Counted from the stretch's first letter, positions 1 through 7,255 are shown. The stretch is DNA of 20,453 nucleotides from Candidatus Fraserbacteria bacterium (GCA_037443265.1 JBBIOR010000029.1:1-20453); one strand, 5' to 3'. Notes: generated by a model not told the origin, from the letters alone. Program-made: numbers and translations.

Positions 1-8
1 GCCCTGAC

Positions 9-37
9 TTGTATCTCCTTCCCTTTCTCCATAGAAT
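9..37 (+). promoter_or_regulatory. sigma70-type promoter for the dehydratase/dehydrogenase pair
   Basis: TTGTAT (9-14), 17-nt spacer, TAGAAT (32-37), upstream of ATG at 75. Confidence 0.6.
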
Positions 38-74
38 GAGGACTTGATCTGAAGGATGCTGGCAAGGGGGGCAT

Positions 75-1820
75 ATGTCCAAGAGAATCCGCGGGAAGGC
101 CTTCATCGTCGGAGACGATGTGAATACCGACGAGATCATCCCAGCGCGCTACTGCACCACGACGGATCTCGACAGCCTGGGAGCCCATGCCCTCGAAGAT
201 CTCCATGAATCGAAGAATCTTTTCAATACGCCCTTTAAGCCCGGCGAGTACGCGATCCTCATAGCGGGGGAGAACTTCGGCTGCGGCAGCTCCCGTGAAG
301 TCGCTCCAGTTGCGCTTCAAAAGGCCGGCATCCAGGCTGTGATCGCAAAATCTTTTGCCCGAATTTTTTATAGGAACTCGATCAACATGGGCCTGCCCAT
401 CTCGAAGAATCATCTCCTCATCCCCTCAGGGATCAAGACGGGGGATGTGCTGGAGATCCAGCTCGATGAGGAGTTCTTTGAGGGGATGGCTCCGGTCCAT
501 CGGCAGATTTTGCAAGCCGGGGGACTTACAGCCTTCAATCGCCTGGGAGGCAAGCTCGAGCAGCCCAGCGCTCCACCGCGCCCTATGACCCTGGCGGAGA
601 AGATCTTGGCCAAGGCTGCCGGCGTCGACTATGTCCAGCCGGGCATGATTCTCTATGCGGAAGTCGATCGGGTCATCACCCATGAGCTGACCCTTCCGGT
701 GGCCGCCGAGCAGCTCTATCGCGCCTACGGCCGCGATTTCAAGATTCGCGATCCCGAAAAGATTCTATTCGTGGCCGATCACACGATCCAGATCCCGCTC
801 ATTCGCGACGACTGGCAGTCCCAGATCATGGTGCAAAAGGCCGCAGAGTTTGCCAAAGAGCAGCATCTGCCCCATGCGTTCCTGCCGCCAGCACCGTTTG
901 TCAGCTGGGGCATCTGCCACGTGCTCTTCCCTGAGAAGGGCCTGATCCAACCGGACACGCTCGTGGTAGGGACGGATTCCCACACCTGTACCTACGGGGC
1001 CTACGGGTGCTTCTCCTTTGGGATCGGCAACACGGATCTCACGGAGATCATGGCCTCCGGCCGGCTGCTGGTAGAGGTGCCCGAGACGATCCTCGTTGAG
1101 CTTTATGGGAGGCTGCCGAAGGGCGTCTACGCCAAGGACGCGATTTTATATATTCTAAGCGAAGTGACGATGAACGGGTTTACCAATTGCATAGTGGAGT
1201 TTAGGGGATCCGCCATCGAGCATCTTTCGGCCGAGGATCGCTCGACGATTGCCAATATGACCGTAGAGGGCGGGGCGACGTGTGGCATCTTCCCCGTAGG
1301 CCAGTTGCGATCTGATCCCGACGCCGTCTATGCCAAAAAGCTCTCGTTCGATCTCTCGAAGCTCGTGCCCTATGTGGCTAAGCCCTTCAAGCCTGATAAC
1401 GGCGTGCCCATTGGGGAGCTAGGGGATGTGCCGATCGATGTCTGTTGGGTGGGTAGCTGTACAGGAGGGAAACTGGAGGATGTAGCCGCGGCAGCAGAAA
1501 TAATTAAGGGCCGTCGAGTCTGCCGTGATGTGAAATTGATCGTCTCACCAGCCACGCTGGGAGTCTGGGAGGAAGCGGGGCGCCACGGGCATCTGCGGGC
1601 ACTGCTTGAGGCCGGAGCGCAGCTGGTCCCGCCCTCTTGTGGAGCCTGCATTGCCATGGGGCCGGGCACGCTGCAAGAGGGCCAGACCGGCGTGTTCTCA
1701 TCGAACCGCAACTTCAAGGGGCGCTCGGGGCTTGGGGCCGTCTATCTGGCTTCGCCCGCCACGGTGGCGGCCTCTGCCATTCGGGGCAGAATCACCGATC
1801 CGCGTGAATTTCTCGATTGA
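75..1820 (+). CDS. Fused aconitase-family hydro-lyase (3-isopropylmalate dehydratase/homoaconitase type): N-terminal small-subunit (LeuD-like swivel) domain + C-terminal large-subunit (LeuC-like) domain
   Basis: N-terminal part has DDVNTDEIIPARY, GENFGCGSSRE, AKSFARIFYRN (LeuD motifs). From M171: MTLAEKILA, DH, GICH, GTDSHTCTYGA, GSCTGG, CGAC (three 4Fe-4S Cys), SNRNFKGR, YLASPATVAASA (LeuC motifs). Single open frame. Confidence 0.92.
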   Translation: MSKRIRGKAFIVGDDVNTDEIIPARYCTTTDLDSLGAHALEDLHESKNLFNTPFKPGEYAILIAGENFGCGSSREVAPVALQKAGIQAVIAKSFARIFYRNSINMGLPISKNHLLIPSGIKTGDVLEIQLDEEFFEGMAPVHRQILQAGGLTAFNRLGGKLEQPSAPPRPMTLAEKILAKAAGVDYVQPGMILYAEVDRVITHELTLPVAAEQLYRAYGRDFKIRDPEKILFVADHTIQIPLIRDDWQSQIMVQKAAEFAKEQHLPHAFLPPAPFVSWGICHVLFPEKGLIQPDTLVVGTDSHTCTYGAYGCFSFGIGNTDLTEIMASGRLLVEVPETILVELYGRLPKGVYAKDAILYILSEVTMNGFTNCIVEFRGSAIEHLSAEDRSTIANMTVEGGATCGIFPVGQLRSDPDAVYAKKLSFDLSKLVPYVAKPFKPDNGVPIGELGDVPIDVCWVGSCTGGKLEDVAAAAEIIKGRRVCRDVKLIVSPATLGVWEEAGRHGHLRALLEAGAQLVPPSCGACIAMGPGTLQEGQTGVFSSNRNFKGRSGLGAVYLASPATVAASAIRGRITDPREFLD

Positions 1821-1823
1821 TCA

Positions 1824-2915
1824 ATGGCCACTGCAGCCCTGGAGAAGAGGCGCGTAGTAGTCTTTCCCGGCGATGATGCCTCTCCAGAAGCCGTCTTTCC
1901 CACCGTCGAAGTGTTGGAGTCGATGAATTTGCCCATCGAGTTTCGATTTCCCAAGCTCGATGAAGAAGAGCTCAGGCAAGGCATTCTCCCTGATGATATT
2001 AAGCGGGCCATCGACCAAGCCGACGCCATTCTCTTCGGGGCGGCCAGCTCCACGGCGCTGCCCATTCTGCTCCATTTGCGTTGGGGATTAGAGACATACG
2101 CCAACGTGCGGCCGGTGCGCTATATCCCCGGCGCGCGGAGCCCCTTGAAAGATCCCGAGCGCATCGATTACGTGATCGTGCGAGAGAATCTCGAAGGGCT
2201 CTACCCGGGGCGTGAAGGAGAGATTTCATTATTGCGCGAGCGCTTGCCGGAACTGAGCGATATGACGGGCCAGAAGCTGAAAGATCTGCCCGATGGACAA
2301 TTTGCCATTCGAGTCATCACAGCCGGGCGCACGAGGAGATTGGCAGAGTTTGCCGTGGAACTGGCCCTCAAGCGCCAACGCCAAGGTTATGAGGGGCGGA
2401 TCACGTGCTTTACGAAAGCGAACATGCTCAAGCAATCCGACGGGCTCTTTCAAAAGATCACGGAGGAAGTGGTAAGACGCCAGCCACAGCTCATGTACGA
2501 TCATTTTTATGTGGATGACGGCGCGCGGCGTCTGGTGCAATCCCCAGAGCAATTCGATGTGATCATCACGACTAATCTCTACGGGGATATTCTTTCAGAT
2601 GTGGGCGCGGCCACGATCGGGGGGCTGGGGCTGGCTCCCAGCGGCTGCTACGGCGAGCGCAAGGCGTACTTTGAGCCGGTCCACGGGACCGCACCGGATC
2701 TTGTGGGAAAGAACATCATCAATCCCACGGCGACCTTGTTCTCGGCGGCCATGATGCTCGCATATCTCAATCTGCCAGAAGAAGCTTCAAAATTGGAGGA
2801 GGCCGTGCGAGCGGTATACCGCGAGGGACGGGTGTTGCCCGTGGATCAAGGGGGTCAGGCTTCGACCACGGAGTTCTGTTCTGCTGTGCGAGAGCGCCTT
2901 GCCTCCGGCCGGTAG
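1824..2915 (+). CDS. Isocitrate/isopropylmalate dehydrogenase family protein (LeuB/homoisocitrate dehydrogenase-like)
   Basis: PGDD, LFGAA, LR..L..YANVRP, VRENLEGLY, KANML, NLYGDILSD, EPVHGTAPD, NPTA motifs; starts 3 nt after the dehydratase stop. Confidence 0.9.
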   Translation: MATAALEKRRVVVFPGDDASPEAVFPTVEVLESMNLPIEFRFPKLDEEELRQGILPDDIKRAIDQADAILFGAASSTALPILLHLRWGLETYANVRPVRYIPGARSPLKDPERIDYVIVRENLEGLYPGREGEISLLRERLPELSDMTGQKLKDLPDGQFAIRVITAGRTRRLAEFAVELALKRQRQGYEGRITCFTKANMLKQSDGLFQKITEEVVRRQPQLMYDHFYVDDGARRLVQSPEQFDVIITTNLYGDILSDVGAATIGGLGLAPSGCYGERKAYFEPVHGTAPDLVGKNIINPTATLFSAAMMLAYLNLPEEASKLEEAVRAVYREGRVLPVDQGGQASTTEFCSAVRERLASGR

Positions 2916-2928
2916 ACCCCGCTATAAT
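2899..2928 (+). promoter_or_regulatory. sigma70-type promoter for the NYN gene
   Basis: TTGCCT (2899-2904), 18-nt spacer, perfect TATAAT (2923-2928). Confidence 0.6.
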
Positions 2929-2993
2929 ATTGGGCCGTTTGCGAAGCTGATCTTTGAGAGGGTGGCTGTATCTTTTCCCAGAAAGGAGCGAGA

Positions 2994-3797
2994 ATGGAGA
3001 CTCATCCGGAGATGCCCATTACAGCGGTTTTCGTCGATTTAGAGAACATCTTCATCGGGTTTCGCAAGCAATACGGTCGAGAGCTTTTGGCGAAGGAGCT
3101 GGCGGAGAAGGCTCGATCCTTCGGAGGCGTAAAATTCATTCAAGTCTATGCCGACTTCAGCGAGCCGACGTATCCTCAATGGTTCAAACTGGAACTCGAC
3201 AACGAGGGGATTCAAGCGATTAACGTTCCGAAAGAGCGCGATCGGGATGGCCGACCGACCAAGAACAAGATCGACATGCGTATTGTCGTGGACGTCTTCC
3301 GCACGCTGGCCTTCCGCCCTGAGACCCAGCGCTACGTCTTCATGACTGGAGACAAGATCTTCCTTGATGTGCTCAATCTAGTGCGCAACGACTTCGGCAA
3401 AGAAGTGATCGTCTGTGGGATCGAGGGGACGGTGGCCCAAGTCTTGCAAGAGGCCGCCCGCTATGAGCCCTTCAGTGTCCAGAGCGACTACGATGGACAG
3501 CTCAGCCGCTTCGTCGAGCTGATGGATCAGCTGGAGCATCGCATCCTCGATGGGACGTACAACTATCTTGGGTGGAAGCTCATCATCGATCAACTCTACG
3601 AGAACGCGGGGTTTGGCTTCTCTGACTGGAACGAGGCACGGGAGTTCTTCGAGCGGATCAAGCGGGAGGGCAAGATCCTCTTCAAGTTCTATCCCGGTGA
3701 GAGCCGTGAGATCGAGGCCTACCGTTTGGATCGGAAGAACCCCTTGGTGCGCAAGATCTTAGGCTTAGATGAGCCGGCCGGTACGCCAAGGAGGTGA
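2994..3797 (+). CDS. NYN domain (LabA/DUF88, PIN-like fold) protein with an extra C-terminal domain
   Basis: AVFVDLENI, VYADF, KNKIDMRIVVD, MTGD, GKEVIVCG motifs; SD GAAAGGAG upstream of the ATG. Confidence 0.85.
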   Translation: METHPEMPITAVFVDLENIFIGFRKQYGRELLAKELAEKARSFGGVKFIQVYADFSEPTYPQWFKLELDNEGIQAINVPKERDRDGRPTKNKIDMRIVVDVFRTLAFRPETQRYVFMTGDKIFLDVLNLVRNDFGKEVIVCGIEGTVAQVLQEAARYEPFSVQSDYDGQLSRFVELMDQLEHRILDGTYNYLGWKLIIDQLYENAGFGFSDWNEAREFFERIKREGKILFKFYPGESREIEAYRLDRKNPLVRKILGLDEPAGTPRR

Positions 3798-3804
3798 TTC
3801 TCCG

Positions 3805-3909
3805 ATGTGGCTCAGGCTGCGTCGTGACCTCGACGACGAGGACTGGGACGACGACGAGGATTGGGACGACGAAGAAGAAGACTGGGATGAGGACGACGAA
3901 GATTATTGA
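3805..3909 (+). CDS. 34-aa very acidic small protein MWLRLRRDLDDEDWDDDEDWDDEEEDWDEDDEDY (below the ORF-track length cutoff)
   Basis: SD AAGGAGGTGA (3788-3797, overlapping the NYN stop), 7-nt spacer, ATG 3805, TGA 3907-3909; in-frame run of GAC/GAT/GAA/GAG/TGG codons with synonymous variation. Confidence 0.7.
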   Translation: MWLRLRRDLDDEDWDDDEDWDDEEEDWDEDDEDY

Positions 3910-3914
3910 TTGGG

Positions 3915-4160
3915 CCTAGGGGCAGGAGAGGTGCTTGGACCGCGGAGCCCTCCGCCATCGCTTCTTGAGAGCTACTGGGGAAAAATCCCGCGCGTAAGGA
4001 GGCGAACTACGCGGGCAAAACCCTGGTAGCTGGTGGAGCCTTTGCTCCACTCACGGAGGGCACCGCGGCCAAGCAGGGTAAGGAGGTGAGTCTCACTCGG
4101 GAAGTGAGAGGATAATACCATAGGTTCCTCCTTCACCAGAGTGGCCTCGCGGGCCTTAGG
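3915..4160. ncRNA. Candidate structured non-coding RNA (long irregular hairpin plus a second domain), family unassigned
   Basis: Nested inverted repeats 3932-3954/4054-4075, 3970-3980/4021-4031, 3987-3996/4008-4015; hairpins 4033-4050 and 4091-4109; pairings 4077-4086/4127-4137 and 3915-3921/4154-4160; minus-strand promoter fires at its right edge. Confidence 0.55.
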
Positions 4161-4164
4161 TGCT

Positions 4165-4193
4165 ATTATATCGCTGGCAAAGATCAAGCTCAA
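4165..4193 (-). promoter_or_regulatory. sigma70-type promoter pointing leftward into the structured intergenic element
   Basis: Minus strand: TTGAGC (4193-4188), 17-nt spacer, TATAAT (4170-4165). Confidence 0.65.
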
Positions 4194-4196
4194 CCC

Positions 4197-4225
4197 TTGG
4201 CGGGTTGATGGCCTTATTATACAAT
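4197..4225 (+). promoter_or_regulatory. sigma70-type promoter for the E1-alpha gene (back-to-back with the leftward promoter)
   Basis: TTGGCG (4197-4202), 17-nt spacer, TACAAT (4220-4225). Confidence 0.55.
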
Positions 4226-4276
4226 GTCCTGGCGGGTTTTGCACACCCAAGGCCCGGCTTAAGAAAGGAGTGGCTT

Positions 4277-5356
4277 GTGATCCAAGTGCTCGATCGCCAT
4301 GGCCACCTCAAGGGCCACGAGAAGCTGGAGCTCTCTGAAAAGAGCCTGTTGGAAATCTATCGCTGGATGACCCTGGTCCGGCTCTTGGACAGCCGGCTGC
4401 TCGCCCTCCAGCGCCAGGGCCGAATCGGCTTCTATGGGGTAGCCACCGGGGAGGAGGCGGCTGTCATCGGCAGTGCCTACGCCCTCAAGCCCGAAGACTG
4501 GATCTTCCCCGCTTTAAGGCAGGGCGGGGCGGCCCTGATGCGCGGCATGCCCCTTACGCTCTACATCGCCCAATGCTACGGCCATTCTCTCGATGTGCAG
4601 AAGGGGCGCCAGATGCCCTGCCATTACTCCTACAAGCCGGCCCATTTTGTTGCCTGGTCGAGCTGTATTGGCACTCAGCTTCCCCACGCTGTGGGCGCGG
4701 CCTGGGCTGCGAAACTCAAGAGGGACCCCATCGTGGTGATGGCCTATCTGGGCGATGGAGCCACCTCCGAGGGCGATTTCCACGTGGCGATGAACTTTGC
4801 CGGCGTCTTCAAAGTTCCTGTGGTCTTCTTCTGCCAGAACAACCAATGGGCCATCTCCGTCCCATTCAGCCGACAGACGGCTGCGGAGAATATCGCCGTC
4901 AAGGCCAAAGCCTATGGCTTTGCGGGCATTCAAGTCGACGGCAATGACGCTCTGGCCGTCTATCGCGTGGTCAAAGAAGCCGTGGAGAAGGCCCGCGCCG
5001 GGGGAGGGCCGACGCTCATCGAAGCCATCACGTATCGCCTGGAAGGGCATTCTTCCTCCGACGATCCCAGCCGCTACCGCGACCCCAAGGAGGTAGAAGA
5101 GTGGAGGAAGCGCGATCCTATAGTGCGCTTCCGCAAGCATCTCGAGCTTAGGGGCCTGTGGGACGAGAAGCGAGAAGCCCACCTGCAAGAAGAGCTCGCC
5201 GCGCAAATCACGCAGGCCATCAAAGCAGTAGAAGCTGTGCCTCCTCCGCCCCTTGAGACGCTCTTTGAAGACGTCTATGCCCAGATGCCGCCCCATCTCG
5301 AAGAGCAGCTTCTGTATCTCAAGAGATTTCAGAGGGAATCGGGCGAGGGCAGCTGA
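4277..5356 (+). CDS. pdhA: 2-oxoacid (pyruvate or branched-chain) dehydrogenase E1 component, alpha subunit
   Basis: LQRQGRIGFY, GEEA, GRQMPCHY, TPP-binding GDGATSEGDF...NNQWAIS, HSSSDDPSRYR. Start reassigned to GTG 4277, which follows SD AAAGGAG (4264-4270). Substrate (pdhA vs bkdA1) is uncertain. Confidence 0.9.
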   Translation: MIQVLDRHGHLKGHEKLELSEKSLLEIYRWMTLVRLLDSRLLALQRQGRIGFYGVATGEEAAVIGSAYALKPEDWIFPALRQGGAALMRGMPLTLYIAQCYGHSLDVQKGRQMPCHYSYKPAHFVAWSSCIGTQLPHAVGAAWAAKLKRDPIVVMAYLGDGATSEGDFHVAMNFAGVFKVPVVFFCQNNQWAISVPFSRQTAAENIAVKAKAYGFAGIQVDGNDALAVYRVVKEAVEKARAGGGPTLIEAITYRLEGHSSSDDPSRYRDPKEVEEWRKRDPIVRFRKHLELRGLWDEKREAHLQEELAAQITQAIKAVEAVPPPPLETLFEDVYAQMPPHLEEQLLYLKRFQRESGEGS

Positions 5357-5535
5357 TCCACCGGCGTATTTTTATATTTATCTCCCTCTTCAATGAGCAT
5401 GATGGGGATCTCGTCTTTGATGGGGTACTTGCGCCCACACTCGGGGCAGACCAGCCAGCTCTCTCTGACCAGCTCGACTCGCGTCTTGCAGGCCGGGCAG
5501 GCCAGCACTTCCAGCAATTCCTCACGGATGGCCAT
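5329..5535 (-). CDS. Trm112/YcaR family zinc-binding small protein (methyltransferase activator family)
   Basis: LLEVLACPACK...LVCPECGRKYPIKDEIPIML pattern; SD GAGGAGG; overlaps the end of the ThiE-like gene and, convergently, the 3' end of pdhA. Confidence 0.88.
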   Translation of the reverse strand: MAIREELLEVLACPACKTRVELVRESWLVCPECGRKYPIKDEIPIMLIEEGDKYKNTPVDQLPSPDSL

Positions 5536-6178
5536 GGGCTTCCCTCCTCTTCCTTGTGATATGTCTAGCTGCTCTTGGCTGTTGCCAGAGGACCTTAAAG
5601 CGTCGAGCGGCCTCCTCGGAATCAGGAGCCTGGAAGATCGCTGAGATCACGGCGAGGCCATCGGCCCCAGCCTCGATCACCTTATGGGCATTGTCCAGCG
5701 TGATGCCCCCCGAGGCGAAGATGGGAATCTTCACTAAGCGCTTGGCCTCTCTTAGCATTTCCACAGGCACCAGCTCGCACTCCTCCACGGAAGATGAGGG
5801 AAAGATCGAGCAGAAAGAGATGTAGTCTGCGCCCATTCTTTCCGCCCACAGGGCTTTCTCCAGGCGGGCCCCACACGTGTAGCCCACGATCGCTTGAGGT
5901 CCGAGGGCTTGACGCACCTGCGAGGGCGTAAGAATATCGCTGTCGAGGTGCAGGCCATCGGCACCGCACAGCGCCGCCAAGGCCAGATCGTTGTTGACCA
6001 ACAGCGGAACACCATAAGCTCGAGCCAGCTCTCGGGTCTTTTGAACCCAGCTTCTCTCAGCCCGGGATGGGCTCCAGATTTGGAGGAGATCGGCCCCGCC
6101 GCGCAGCGCCGCCTCAACCCTCTCTCCAGGCGTATCCGGAGAGACCACCACGTACAAGCCCTCCAATCGACGCTCCAT
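5522..6178 (-). CDS. Thiamine-phosphate synthase (ThiE/TenI) family protein with atypical active-site motifs
   Basis: GLYVV, ALRGGADLLQ, LLVNND, ADGLHL, GADYI, ASGGIT, GADGLAVISAIF. Start taken as ATG 6178 after SD AAGGAG. Confidence 0.82.
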   Translation of the reverse strand: MERRLEGLYVVVSPDTPGERVEAALRGGADLLQIWSPSRAERSWVQKTRELARAYGVPLLVNNDLALAALCGADGLHLDSDILTPSQVRQALGPQAIVGYTCGARLEKALWAERMGADYISFCSIFPSSSVEECELVPVEMLREAKRLVKIPIFASGGITLDNAHKVIEAGADGLAVISAIFQAPDSEEAARRFKVLWQQPRAARHITRKRREAHGHP

Positions 6179-6193
6179 CACCAACTCCTTTTT

Positions 6194-7255
6194 TTAACGC
6201 CAGCCTTGTGCCATCGCCCGCCAGAAGGCCCCCCAATAGGGGTCTTCTCGTGGCGGCTCCAACTGACGAACTCTTCCCTCCTCGATCAGCTTACACCCTT
6301 CCTTAAGCGGAGTCATCTCCCCAATGATGCTGGCGGGTATATCCTTGGCCTGCAGCGCCTCTAACACGGCTTGAGCCTTCTTGGGGTGCGCGCTGATGAT
6401 GAGTGTGCCTTCGCTTAAGCTGAAGTAGGGATCGATCTCGAAGAGTTCACAGATCTTGTGCGTCTCCGGTGCGACAGGGATCCTTGTGATTCCCACTCGG
6501 AGTCCACAGCGGGCGGCTGCAGCAAACTCATAGAGTGCTCCCAGCACTCCGCCCTCGGTGGCATCGTGCATGGCTGTCACGCCTGCTTCGCGCACACCCA
6601 GAGAAGCCGCCGTGAGCGCTTCCTCCACTACAGAGAATTTATAGAAGAACGCTTGCGCTTGCTTCAACAGGGCTGCGCCCAAGTGTCTTTTGATGGTTTC
6701 GGGGAAGACGCGGGCTAAGAGCCCAGTGGTCGCGATCGCCGCACCTTTGGTGACGATGACTTGATCGCCGACGCGTGCCATATTTCCTGACACATACTGG
6801 TCTTCAGGTCCCACGGCGATCAGCGTGCCTGCGCCGATGATGGTGTAATCACAGCCTTGATATCTGCCCGTGTGCCCGGCGATCACGGCAACGCCTAATT
6901 TAGAGAACTCTTGATGCATCGCCTCCCAATAGATCTCAAAGTCTTGTGCGGACATTTGTGGAGGCAGGTTGAAATCGAGCACGGCATACGCCGGCGGCAG
7001 TCCCGAGGTCGCCAGATCTGAAGCCAATAGATGCACCGAAAGCCATGCCGAGTCCTTAAGCCCCAGGGCGGGAATCACGGACAAGGGGTCCGTGGTTACG
7101 GCCATCACTTGGCCGCCGCCCAGCTTCACAATGGCGTTATCTAGGCCGTGTCTGGGGCCCACCAGCACCTCCGACCGCGGAGCCCCCAGCTTGGGATAGA
7201 TGACTTCATCGAAAAATTTCTCATCTATCTTGCCAAGGCGCGGGAAGTCCGTCAC
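6194..7255 (-). CDS. AIR synthase-related (PurM/HypE/ThiL/SelD fold) ATP-dependent enzyme
   Basis: GKI, GP..GLDNAIV, TTDPL, SDLATSG, AGHT, MHDATEGG, SEGTL motifs. Start reassigned to GTG 7255 (SD GAAGGAGG; GTGA overlap with the methyltransferase stop). Confidence 0.85.
   Translation of the reverse strand: MTDFPRLGKIDEKFFDEVIYPKLGAPRSEVLVGPRHGLDNAIVKLGGGQVMAVTTDPLSVIPALGLKDSAWLSVHLLASDLATSGLPPAYAVLDFNLPPQMSAQDFEIYWEAMHQEFSKLGVAVIAGHTGRYQGCDYTIIGAGTLIAVGPEDQYVSGNMARVGDQVIVTKGAAIATTGLLARVFPETIKRHLGAALLKQAQAFFYKFSVVEEALTAASLGVREAGVTAMHDATEGGVLGALYEFAAAARCGLRVGITRIPVAPETHKICELFEIDPYFSLSEGTLIISAHPKKAQAVLEALQAKDIPASIIGEMTPLKEGCKLIEEGRVRQLEPPREDPYWGAFWRAMAQGWR

Noticed and set aside
3805..3909. Acidic peptide as a LysW-type amino-group carrier (EDWD resembles LysW EDWGE, and homoaconitase-like genes are nearby)
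   Set aside because: It has no zinc-finger domain and ends in Tyr rather than the required C-terminal Glu; no LysX/Z/Y/J/K genes are in the window.
3915..4160. Retron msr-msd, CRISPR array, SRP, RNase P or tmRNA identity for the structured element
   Set aside because: No reverse transcriptase or cas genes, no spaced direct repeats, and none of the signature motifs of these RNAs were found on either strand.
4514..5296. Long antisense and alternative-frame ORFs in the track (e.g. 4514-5296, 8961-9506, 16698-17276, 18470-18994)
   Set aside because: They shadow well-supported genes, as expected in GC-rich DNA, and show no motifs of their own.
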